NCBI GenBank assembly: GCA_965216875.1
Contig: OZ244207.1
Location: 160,001-224,000, forward strand
Length of the DNA stretch: 64,000 bases
DNA from: Rubripirellula sp.
GTDB lineage: Bacteria > Planctomycetota > Planctomycetia > Pirellulales > Pirellulaceae
Reading direction: 5' to 3'
A program made the position numbers and the translations under genes. The notes below the pieces were generated by a model. The model was given only the letters and a program-made list of their open reading frames with translations. It was not told where the DNA came from and did not search any database. Shown piece by piece: positions 51,822 to 60,413 of the stretch (positions are counted from its first letter, which is position 1; each line of letters opens with the position of its first letter).

Positions 51822-52375
51822 GTGCCGGTGTTGTCGATGTTCGATCATCAACCGAGGTTGATCGTGACGCCATTTGGGAAGTCCATCTCAATGCATTCGG
51901 TGCCGAGGAAGGACCGGTCATCGTTGAGCTCGTCCGTGAATTATTGCAGGACGAAACCGCATCGCCATTACATTCACTTGTCGCCGAGTCGGACACGGGG
52001 ATCGTCGGTCATGTCCTCTTCACTGCGGTCACGCTCGATCGTGATCAAGGCGTTGCCGCGAGTATCCTAGCGCCGTTGGCTGTCACGCCACCGATGCATG
52101 GGCAAGGGGTGGGCCGCACGCTGGTCGAGAAAGGATTGCGACAACTCGAGGCGGCAGGTGTGGAACTGGTTTTTGTACTCGGCTATCCCGGCTACTACAC
52201 GCGGTTCGGATTTCAGCCCGCAGGTGCACAAGGATTCGATGCGCCTTACCCGATCGCGGATCAGAATGCGGATGCTTGGATGGTCAAAGGACTCACCGAT
52301 AAGGCAATGGAATCACACGCTGGAACCGTGCGGTGCGCAAAGAGCCTGGATGACGAAAAGTTGTGGGTCGAGTGA
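51818..52375 (+). CDS. GNAT N-acetyltransferase (YhbS-like)
   Basis: IVGHVLF, LAPLAV.P..HGQGVG, VLGYPGYYTRFGF. Confidence 0.92.
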   Translation: MSAGVVDVRSSTEVDRDAIWEVHLNAFGAEEGPVIVELVRELLQDETASPLHSLVAESDTGIVGHVLFTAVTLDRDQGVAASILAPLAVTPPMHGQGVGRTLVEKGLRQLEAAGVELVFVLGYPGYYTRFGFQPAGAQGFDAPYPIADQNADAWMVKGLTDKAMESHAGTVRCAKSLDDEKLWVE

Positions 52376-52411
52376 ACGCGGTTGCCCGACCGCTTTATCG
52401 CTGACGCTTCG

Positions 52412-53368
52412 TCAAGCGTTGTGATCGAGCAGGAACTCCGCCGCCACGATCGAAGCGGCGACGAGGTCATCGATCACCGAATACCAATGGGCGGGTAGAT
52501 CACTCGATTGACTTGACTCGATCAGCGTGCTGGTTGGTCCGTCCCAACCGTACCTTTCGGCTGACAACGCAGGATCGCTTGATGATTGCCACGCCAATTC
52601 AAATAGGGCGCTAATCCACATGCCCTTGTCGCCAATGGTCGGGAACCCGTCGATCCAATCACGCCACACGACTTGGTTCACGTCGGCAGGTAAGCCGTAG
52701 AGCGTCTGGCCGGCGCGGCCAGCCAACGAGAAGAACGAGGTGACGCTTGTGATACGTCGATGGGGTGGTCCGCCTGCGTAGACAAAGTAGCTGCGTTCGA
52801 CTCCGTGCCGCATGGCGACAGGTTGGCCGTCCGAGAAAAGGACAGGTTTGCCGGTAACGTTTTGGATGGGCGTCTCGCCGACGATCGGAGAATAGGTCGC
52901 ATCGCCAAGTTCAAGTTGGCTCGCAACGTCAAGAAACTTGAGGCGATAACTCTTGTCGGACTCGGGAGCCAGATCGGATACGACCGTTTCGGTTTCGCCC
53001 TCTCTGCGAAGGAATTGCTGTTGTGGCCAGCTGCATGGTCCGCCCCCCATTGCGATCGGTTCCATCCCATCGACCGCCGACGGATAGGGCCCGTCAGGAC
53101 GCGCGGGCCATTGCGGAACGATCGAGTGAGTGATGACGCACTTGAGCGTTTCGTGTTCGTCCGAGCATTGAACAAAGGATTGGCGAATGTCGTCGAGTGT
53201 CGAACGCCACGATGACGAAACGGACGAATGCAGCGGACGAAATCGTTCGATTGCCTCGATCATGATTTCCGGCGGGATTTCGTCGCGTGTTTCGCTATTC
53301 TGTTTCGACGAGTCCGGGTTCATGTGTGGTTTTTCCGAGGCTGCAACGCGAGTGTTAAGAACCATCAA
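52412..53368 (-). CDS. Hypothetical protein
   Basis: 318-aa ORF filling the gap; no recognised motif. Start may be internal (MNPD). Confidence 0.55.
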   Translation of the reverse strand: MMVLNTRVAASEKPHMNPDSSKQNSETRDEIPPEIMIEAIERFRPLHSSVSSSWRSTLDDIRQSFVQCSDEHETLKCVITHSIVPQWPARPDGPYPSAVDGMEPIAMGGGPCSWPQQQFLRREGETETVVSDLAPESDKSYRLKFLDVASQLELGDATYSPIVGETPIQNVTGKPVLFSDGQPVAMRHGVERSYFVYAGGPPHRRITSVTSFFSLAGRAGQTLYGLPADVNQVVWRDWIDGFPTIGDKGMWISALFELAWQSSSDPALSAERYGWDGPTSTLIESSQSSDLPAHWYSVIDDLVAASIVAAEFLLDHNA

Positions 53369-53491
53369 CCGGCATTCTCAACGAACCGGCATTTTTGCAC
53401 CACCGGCACTAATATGGAAACGCGATGGCGAAGCGGGGCAAGCCGCTGAAGCGAGTGCGATGGGGCTTGCCAGCCGGGACGGCCGGGATTT

Positions 53492-54205
53492 CTATTCACT
53501 GACCGGTTCGAGTCCAACACCGAGTTCTTGGGCCGTCACGGTGACGAGTTCTTGATACATCGCGCGGACTTTACCGCGGTCAACGGCTTCCTCTTCCCCC
53601 GTGAAATACTCGTCCCATTCAGCTAGCCACTTACCGTCGTCGTCCTCGTCGCCAACGAAGGCGTCGCGGTAGTGATGTGACTCGGTTTTCAGCTGCGCGT
53701 CTTTGCCGTCGCCGCGGTACATTGCAAAGCAGGTGCCCATGAATTCGTTGTACTTGTCCAAGAAGTTGGGCGAAAAAAGAGGCGCATAGACGTGAGCGAT
53801 TTTGTCGAGGTCGCGTTTCATGTCGACGATCTCGGTGGGGTTGTGGTCCTTCCACGACCCAATGCGCATGAAGTAGCACATCATTTCGTTCAAGTCTGGA
53901 GTGAGTTTCTCGTAGACCTCCAGTCGTTTTTCAATCACCTTTTGGTTGGACCATTGGCGATGTTCGAACTCCTTGATGCGCCGGTCCATCCAAACACCGA
54001 CGAACAAGAGTGCCGCAGGGATCAAAAGTCCAACCGCAAGCTTGACCGCCTCAAGGCTATTCCAATCATCTGAAACGATCTTGATCGTGTGGTCCACTTC
54101 GGTTGCAGCATGAGCGACGTTGGGAGTCGCGGTGACAACCAGGATCGTGATCAAAGCAAGCGATAAGCGTTTGGTCGTCGCGTTGATGAAGGTGTTCAAT
54201 GCCAT
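53492..54205 (-). CDS. Hypothetical membrane protein (signal peptide, one TM, helical domain)
   Basis: Signal ..VAHA, WNSLE then TM LAVGLLIPAALLFVGVWM, soluble helical C-domain; 55 bp downstream of the PARP gene. Confidence 0.75.
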   Translation of the reverse strand: MALNTFINATTKRLSLALITILVVTATPNVAHAATEVDHTIKIVSDDWNSLEAVKLAVGLLIPAALLFVGVWMDRRIKEFEHRQWSNQKVIEKRLEVYEKLTPDLNEMMCYFMRIGSWKDHNPTEIVDMKRDLDKIAHVYAPLFSPNFLDKYNEFMGTCFAMYRGDGKDAQLKTESHHYRDAFVGDEDDDGKWLAEWDEYFTGEEEAVDRGKVRAMYQELVTVTAQELGVGLEPVSE

Positions 54206-54260
54206 TGTCGATTAGTCTGGACAGAGGATTCGTTCGTTTGCGGTCGAGATGACGATAGCG

Positions 54261-55988
54261 TCACGCGGTTTCAAATTCAATCAAATAACGAAGTCGACTT
54301 TGATCAGGGCGGTAGACGATGAATTCATTGTCATCGACGCCGGAATGGTCCGCTTTACCGAAGACACTGTGATGCCCCCGTGGTGGTTTGGCGAATCCTT
54401 TGACTCGGTCAGGGACGTGCGATGTCCCAAGGACAACGTCGGCGGCAAACATAAACGCTTTGCGCCCGCGCACCGCTCCCACTCGACCGGCTTCGGTGGA
54501 TCCCTTGGCGTTGCTGTAGTTGGCAGCCTTTTTCCAGTCGTCGGCAAAGTAGATGCCCGGACCGAACTTTGCGCCAGTCAGGGTGACCGCGACGAGCGTC
54601 TCCGGCATGCGAAGCGATTCACGCAGGATGGCGTTGACATTGACACTGCGTGTTCCGTGAAGCAGGAGAGCTGTATTTGATTGTTTGTAGTCGTTTCGCT
54701 GTTTCGTCGGGACGTCCAAGCGGCGTTTCATTTGATGCGACGGACCATGACTAAGGTCGACGTCGCTTTTGAGGATCCGCTTTTGCGTTTTCGGTATGAA
54801 GTTCTCGGAAGCCTTGCGGTCAACTGCCCAAAGGTTGCGAATCGTCATCCCTTTCATCCTCTTGTGTCGATTGGCCGTTGCGTTGGGCCACCACTGATAG
54901 AGCGATTTGCCGACCTTCGATTCGGGGTCGATCCAGCACATGTCGAGTTCCATCTCTGCGAGCATGTCGGCGTCGTCGTGGACATCGGCATCGATCGTGC
55001 GCAGCGCGTTTTCGAATGCATCGAGGTCGTCAATCCAGTTCTGGATGTTGTCTTGGGACAAGACCCAAGTTGACGGATCGGCGTTGACCTTTTTCTTGCG
55101 CGGGATACGGCTGAACATCAATCCGGTCAACTGCATCAGTTTCTTGTCGTTGATCTGAGTTTCAAGATCGTTGTCAATCGATGCGATTCGCGTGCTCGCT
55201 TCGCCGAGGATGCTGCGAGCTTCATCGACAGCAACTTGGGTCGGAATACTACTGTCGGCCATGTTTCGCCGGGTGTATTCGACGGTCGCTTTGCGTAAAT
55301 CGCGAAGCAGTTTAAGCGTTTTGGGGTCGCCACGTTTTTCGCCCGCACCGTTGTGGCAGGCGACCGTTTTGGGCTGGTCTGTGCGTGGGGCGACTATGTT
55401 ACGAGCATCGGGAAGGCCTGTTGAACGCGTGGCCATGGGGCGAACGAGGTAGCAATCCTTCCCTTTTTTGGCCCGCAGGGTTCGAATGCCAGCGACCGTG
55501 ACCCACTCACCGCGCTTGTCGTTCTTGGCATGAAGCTGTTTCGCAAACACGCCGCGCGCGTCCACCTCGGACTGGCAAGCAATGAATTGAAAGCTGCATG
55601 TCGCGCCGCCGGTTCGTCCCCATTCAAAGTACGTGTACCAGTTCTTTGACTTGCGATGCTGAACCACTGCACCGTGATAGTATTTGTTGCTGTCCTTTCC
55701 GTCTTGTTGGAAGCAACCCAGGTCACAGATGCGAACGTTATCGAGTTCGCCGTCTTTGGTTGCAGGCGGGCCGAAGCAGACAAAGTCTTTCGCTGTTGCG
55801 TCTTCCGGATACGTTTCGCGAGGGAGCTTTTTGGGCAGGCCGCTAAAGTCTGGCGACTCAAGCACTTTAGGAAGCCGAACGCCTTTCGCGGATCGCTTCG
55901 CTTTGGGTTGGGCCGCCGACTTGGTTTTGCGATTCTTGCGAGTGGACTTCGTTGCCACCTTCTTTTTCGCCGCTCGTTTCTTCGCCAT
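54261..55988 (-). CDS. Bacterial PARP-like ADP-ribosyltransferase (basic tail, WGR, helical regulatory and catalytic domains)
   Basis: SNKYY...EWGRTG (WGR); LTGLMFSRIP (PARP regulatory-like); LLLHGTR..N...IL...LR.P, TG..FGPGIYFAD..KKAANY, DVVLG, HSVFG, NEFIVY...Q.RLRYLIEF. Confidence 0.9.
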   Translation of the reverse strand: MAKKRAAKKKVATKSTRKNRKTKSAAQPKAKRSAKGVRLPKVLESPDFSGLPKKLPRETYPEDATAKDFVCFGPPATKDGELDNVRICDLGCFQQDGKDSNKYYHGAVVQHRKSKNWYTYFEWGRTGGATCSFQFIACQSEVDARGVFAKQLHAKNDKRGEWVTVAGIRTLRAKKGKDCYLVRPMATRSTGLPDARNIVAPRTDQPKTVACHNGAGEKRGDPKTLKLLRDLRKATVEYTRRNMADSSIPTQVAVDEARSILGEASTRIASIDNDLETQINDKKLMQLTGLMFSRIPRKKKVNADPSTWVLSQDNIQNWIDDLDAFENALRTIDADVHDDADMLAEMELDMCWIDPESKVGKSLYQWWPNATANRHKRMKGMTIRNLWAVDRKASENFIPKTQKRILKSDVDLSHGPSHQMKRRLDVPTKQRNDYKQSNTALLLHGTRSVNVNAILRESLRMPETLVAVTLTGAKFGPGIYFADDWKKAANYSNAKGSTEAGRVGAVRGRKAFMFAADVVLGTSHVPDRVKGFAKPPRGHHSVFGKADHSGVDDNEFIVYRPDQSRLRYLIEFETA

Positions 55989-56050
55989 TGTCAATCAACG
56001 CTGTAAGTTTGCTTTAGATACGTTTGTTGGGGCGTCCCGACCGTTTACGA

Positions 56051-56524
56051 CTATGCGAAATCGTAAACGTAGGTGTCGGTTGAAGGGCAAGTCTTGATGA
56101 TGATTGGTTCGATCAATTCCCACTTACCGCCAGCGAGTCCACAACCGATGCGAGGCATGTGGATCGAGCTGTTTTCTTTGACCGCGAACTGCGCGACCTT
56201 CTCCAAACAAGATTCGACCGCGTCATAGCGGATCGGTGGACGACCGGTTGAAGAACGCCGAATGCCTCGCTGTCCGATCATGTTGGCAATCCACAACTCC
56301 GATTCGACCGACACCAGCTGGACGGCTCCCAGTGCGAAATCGTTGTGGTCGCGATCGGCGTACCATTGCCGATAAGCTGCTTCTGGTTCCTTCCAGCGTT
56401 TGGAAATCGCCAACACGAACCCCGCGCCCCAACCACCAATGTCATTGCAAATGTGGACGATGATTTTGGGACCCGCGATTTGAGGTGCCGTTGCGTCACC
56501 GGTTAGATAGGTAATACGGTTCAT
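56051..56524 (-). CDS. Macrodomain ADP-ribosyl hydrolase (SCO6735/TARG1/DarG-like class)
   Basis: ITYLTGDAT, IVHICNDIGGWGAGF, ANMIGQRG, IRY, HMPRIGCGLAGGKW. True start is ATG 56524. Confidence 0.92.
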   Translation of the reverse strand: MNRITYLTGDATAPQIAGPKIIVHICNDIGGWGAGFVLAISKRWKEPEAAYRQWYADRDHNDFALGAVQLVSVESELWIANMIGQRGIRRSSTGRPPIRYDAVESCLEKVAQFAVKENSSIHMPRIGCGLAGGKWELIEPIIIKTCPSTDTYVYDFA

Positions 56525-56693
56525 CGTTTGAATATTGCGTTGCCTTTGATGCACGTTTGCCCGCCAAGATTGTATCGGCAAAACGGTGGCTGCTGGGCAA
56601 GAGCGTGGATTCTTGGTGATCCCGTCATGTCCCGCAAAAACGTTCGGTACGGCGGAAGCCGCTCTGACCAATCGGTGCAAGCAACCGCGGGGG

Positions 56694-57743
56694 CTACAGC
56701 CGCTCAGCAAACTGGGGATGCCAGGGCTGTTTAAGGTCGGCGCAGATGTTTCGCAGCTTTTCGGTCCAGTTTGCGGCGGCTTGTTGGTCGCCGGTCGCTT
56801 CAAACAGCTCGATCAAGTCGAGTGCCCCGCACGCCTGCTCCCAGCACCTGCCTTTTCCCGCACAGGCTTCTTGTTGAGCCTCACGAACCTTGATCGCCTC
56901 GGTTTGGTTGCCTTGTGCAAGCCAGTATTCTGCGAGGCCGTCATAACACTCGCGAATCAATTCAAGATCGGTGAACTTCATCACCGATCGGTAGGCCACG
57001 CCCGCCGTCGTCTCGTCACCCAAGTGTACGAGCGCTGCAGCTCGCAGGGCCAGAAGTGCAGTGCGCGTGGGCGATTCTTCCACATTTCCCGACAGTGCAG
57101 CATCCGCATTGCTTAGAACGTTGTCCCATTGGCATTGCCGGTAGGCCAAGTGGGCTTCGGCAAGGTGATACCCCGCCATGTAGAACCAACCCGATTCAAA
57201 GAGTTGCGCCTCGGCCGCGAGTCGCCGCTGTGCCATCAACGCCTGGGCTTGCTCATACTCACCCAGACTCGCATGACACCGAATCATGGTCGAAAGAAAG
57301 ACGCAGGCGTGGTCGGATCGTGGCTGACAACTCTCTCGCAAGTGGGCACATGCGGCTTCAATTTCTTTGCGCATCCCATACGGATCTTTCTCGGCCAAAC
57401 GCGACGCAAGGAGATTGTTGGACATGATGCCCATCGGCGTGAACGAGTATTTGGATTCACGCGATTCCAATGCAACGTGAACGAGCAGGTCGTAACTCTT
57501 GTCCAACTCGCCGATATCCGAAAGTGTCTTTTGGATCCAGAGGTCGGCCCAGAGTGACATCACCTCGTCGCCAAGTTTTTCGGCAAGAGCCTTGGCAGTC
57601 TCGAGATAGCGGCGAGTGGCGCGAGGGTCATCTTCAGCCCAACTCATCGCAAACTGCTCGAACATCATTTCCACTTCCGGTGGGCAATTCGGTTCGCTCA
57701 TCATTTCCGTTTCGCGAACTTCGTACCAATCGAAAATATTCAT
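56694..57743 (-). CDS. TPR-like helical repeat protein
   Basis: All-helical, with repeated TPR-like patterns (LGEYEQA, LGDETTA, QGNQTEA, TGDQQAA). Confidence 0.65.
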   Translation of the reverse strand: MNIFDWYEVRETEMMSEPNCPPEVEMMFEQFAMSWAEDDPRATRRYLETAKALAEKLGDEVMSLWADLWIQKTLSDIGELDKSYDLLVHVALESRESKYSFTPMGIMSNNLLASRLAEKDPYGMRKEIEAACAHLRESCQPRSDHACVFLSTMIRCHASLGEYEQAQALMAQRRLAAEAQLFESGWFYMAGYHLAEAHLAYRQCQWDNVLSNADAALSGNVEESPTRTALLALRAAALVHLGDETTAGVAYRSVMKFTDLELIRECYDGLAEYWLAQGNQTEAIKVREAQQEACAGKGRCWEQACGALDLIELFEATGDQQAAANWTEKLRNICADLKQPWHPQFAERL

Positions 57744-58059
57744 CGCAACCTGTCTCCGGAAGTGGCCCAATAAGCTGCCTTGATGGTGGCGTCCCGCGAG
57801 GCGGATGAAAAGGTGGGGCTCCTATTTTGTCGTCGTGGACGTCCGGATCTTCGCGAACCCGCGCGAATCTCAGCACCTCTTTCATTGCGGGGATCGGTTC
57901 GCCGCCGCAGAGGTGCCCGACCGGCAAAGAAGATAGAGGTGCGCGACCGGCAAAAAGAAGATGACGACCAGAAGGATCAAGAGAATGGGATAGCTGACGA
58001 TAGAAAAGAGAGCCAAGAAGAACAGCGAAGCGGAATGCTGCAAACAAAGCAACTCAGCA

Positions 58060-58311
58060 ATGGCGACCGCTTCGCCGCCTCGCCGAGCGGCAAAGCACAA
58101 ACCGCTCGCGATTGGCATTGTTTCGACCGCCGCGCTGGTGCTGCTACCGAAGTGCCCCGCCTGCTTTGCGGGCTATTTTGCAATTGCGGTCGGCGTGACC
58201 CTCTCGACGACCATGGCAACGATGCTGCAAACAGGCTGCGTCGTTGCACTTTCGGTTGCGATCGGGTTGTCGGTCCGGTCGATCGTCCGTCGTCTCCGAG
58301 CTGACCGATAA
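58060..58311 (+). CDS. Small membrane protein with LLPKCPAC (CxxC) motif
   Basis: Two hydrophobic segments flanking LVLLPKCPACFAGY. Confidence 0.55.
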   Translation: MATASPPRRAAKHKPLAIGIVSTAALVLLPKCPACFAGYFAIAVGVTLSTTMATMLQTGCVVALSVAIGLSVRSIVRRLRADR

Positions 58312-58338
58312 GCGATACCCACTCAGAACCAGCTACAA

Positions 58339-58953
58339 CTATTCGCTCTCGCCGTCCGATTTCAAGCGGATCAAAACTTCGTTTCTTCGAAGTGCCGCGG
58401 GAGTGAATGGGGGATCGTAACCAGCGGCTTCGACGGATGGTTCGCCAGAAAGTCCGCGTGACGCCAACCACTTTCTCAATTTTGCTTCCTGCTGTTTCGC
58501 GAGCTTGGTGTCGAGACGTCCCGGAAATCGGATCACCGCGAAGCGGCCGCCGGAGCGTTTGCGGATCTTGACGGCTTCCCCATTCGGTTCAGGGACGCCC
58601 GCAACAGCGACTTCCTTAGGCATCACAAACCCCATCGAGACATCCCGGGCGCCGATCTCGCCCTCCATGAAGACAGGCGTTGTCATTGCAATCTTCTGGT
58701 TGCCTTCATTTTCGCCGCTGATGTAGCGGAACAGACGCATAAAACTACCGTCGCGGCCTTGGGAATCCATTTTCGAGTCGGTCGAAACCAGCATCAAATC
58801 GGGATACTCACGTATTTCGATTTCGCCATCCGATTCGACCACGGAATAGGCTGCTGATTCGTAACCCGCTCGGACGGTCATCGTCCAGGTCGCAGCAGCG
58901 ACTCCGAAAAAGGCGAAGGTAGCTGCTAAATAGAACATACGTCGCTTCATCAC
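58339..58953 (-). CDS. SOUL heme-binding protein
   Basis: EIREYP, FMRLFRYISG.N, IAMTTPV, FVMP, YDPPF....RRNEV. Confidence 0.92.
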   Translation of the reverse strand: MMKRRMFYLAATFAFFGVAAATWTMTVRAGYESAAYSVVESDGEIEIREYPDLMLVSTDSKMDSQGRDGSFMRLFRYISGENEGNQKIAMTTPVFMEGEIGARDVSMGFVMPKEVAVAGVPEPNGEAVKIRKRSGGRFAVIRFPGRLDTKLAKQQEAKLRKWLASRGLSGEPSVEAAGYDPPFTPAALRRNEVLIRLKSDGESE

Positions 58954-59080
58954 TCAGACTCCGGCTCAAGGAACTTCTTGTAGAGTGTAGGCGAATGGCT
59001 AGTGCCGCAAGATTTCAGCCGCCACGCTCGACTCAACACATCATTCCGGCCCTACCCGCAAGAGCGTGACTGTGAAGAAC

Positions 59081-60082
59081 TCACGTTTCCGGAGGGAGTG
59101 AGATCGTCCCATTCGTGTTGATCGTTCCAAGCGGCAATCCGTGGAGCGATGGATCGGTGACATGCAAATTGAAAGTGCATCCGGTCGGCTTGAGTTCCAG
59201 TAGCCCTACCGGCTCCCACTCACCCTTTTCTTCACAGTACACCATCCCCTTCGTCGACACTTCTAGTCCTTCAATCGTGACGTTTCGGGTCGACCCTTGG
59301 CCATGTTCCCAGGTCAACGGTGCCATGTTGTAGCGATCGTCTGGGTCGACGCCCTTGATGTGGAGACCCTTGATGCTTGCGTTGACGGTTTTCGAACCTC
59401 CACCCCAGCCGAACTGTAGCGGAGCGCCGTTGCGGTGATGCTCAATCGTGACATTTTCAATGGAGATGTCATGGTAGATCTTGATGCCGTCGTCGCGCGT
59501 GCTGATCAAAGAGTTTCGAATCGACGAGCCAGCGGCGCCAGCGAAACCATCACTGTTATTGTTGTCACCTTCTCTGGTATCCCGAAGCGTGCACGAGTCA
59601 ACGTGGATCACAGCCTTGTTTGCATAACCCGAGATGATGTAGCCGCGTGGATTACACGCCGTCAGGTTAGAGATGTGGACCGTCGCGTCTGCGAGTACGC
59701 TGATACTGCTGTACTTCCATTTTTCGTTTTCGGGTACACCGTGTTGATCGGTCCACGCCAATTCATCAGTCCCGTAGATCACCGACGTCGTTCGATTCTC
59801 GCCCGTGATTCGTAGCGGGTTCGACTCCTTTCGAAAACCAACGCGAAACCCACCCGTCACTTGAACGTTCGATGCAATCACGACCTGCTTCACTGACGAG
59901 GGAACTTCCCAGAAGAACCCCTCTTTGGACGACGCCATCGCACCGCTTGATCGAAACGTGATCGTTGCGGAGGCGTCGTCCCACTCAACGTGCCCGGAAT
60001 AATCGATGCTGGGTTGCGCCGTCGCCAGAGTACCCGTCGAAAACCATGCGAGGGTTAGCAGAATCAAGCGTTTCATTGCCAT
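59081..60082 (-). CDS. Secreted right-handed beta-helix protein (GH28/GH49-like motifs)
   Basis: Signal peptide; NNSDGF...TRDDGIK; NGAPLQFGW. Confidence 0.6.
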   Translation of the reverse strand: MAMKRLILLTLAWFSTGTLATAQPSIDYSGHVEWDDASATITFRSSGAMASSKEGFFWEVPSSVKQVVIASNVQVTGGFRVGFRKESNPLRITGENRTTSVIYGTDELAWTDQHGVPENEKWKYSSISVLADATVHISNLTACNPRGYIISGYANKAVIHVDSCTLRDTREGDNNNSDGFAGAAGSSIRNSLISTRDDGIKIYHDISIENVTIEHHRNGAPLQFGWGGGSKTVNASIKGLHIKGVDPDDRYNMAPLTWEHGQGSTRNVTIEGLEVSTKGMVYCEEKGEWEPVGLLELKPTGCTFNLHVTDPSLHGLPLGTINTNGTISLPPET

Positions 60083-60413
60083 CGTCTCACCAATGAGCGT
60101 CGGATTCATTCAACGGTGTACAGTCGTGTGTGCTAAGGCGACCTGAGTTGGGGCAGGACATTAAAAACGAAAGTGTTGCACTCGTGTCAGAATCAGTGCG
60201 CAATGGGCGCCGATTTCATCGGTTTTGACAAAGTTCCTTACTGCCGAGAATGGCATTCTCAATGAGTGGCCCAAGTTTCCGGCGACGAGGCTGATATGAT
60301 CGGAGCTTCGCACGGTGCCGACTTCACCAAAACGAGGCGCGACCAAAGGCATGGTGACCACCAAGGATGTTTCCATTGATCGCGAAACGGACCACTCACG
60401 GAGAAGCTTGCTG

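Noticed and set aside
54261..56524. DarTG toxin-antitoxin
   Set aside because: The transferase has WGR and full PARP motifs rather than a DarT domain, and the macrodomain is stand-alone without a DarG C-terminal domain.
56525..56803. N-terminal extension of the macrodomain ORF (250 aa in track)
   Set aside because: It overlaps the TPR gene end and has no domain character; the family begins at MNRITYLTGD.
57780..58304. 174-aa plus-strand ORF
   Set aside because: Low-complexity Arg-rich sequence overlapping the better-supported LLPKCPAC ORF.
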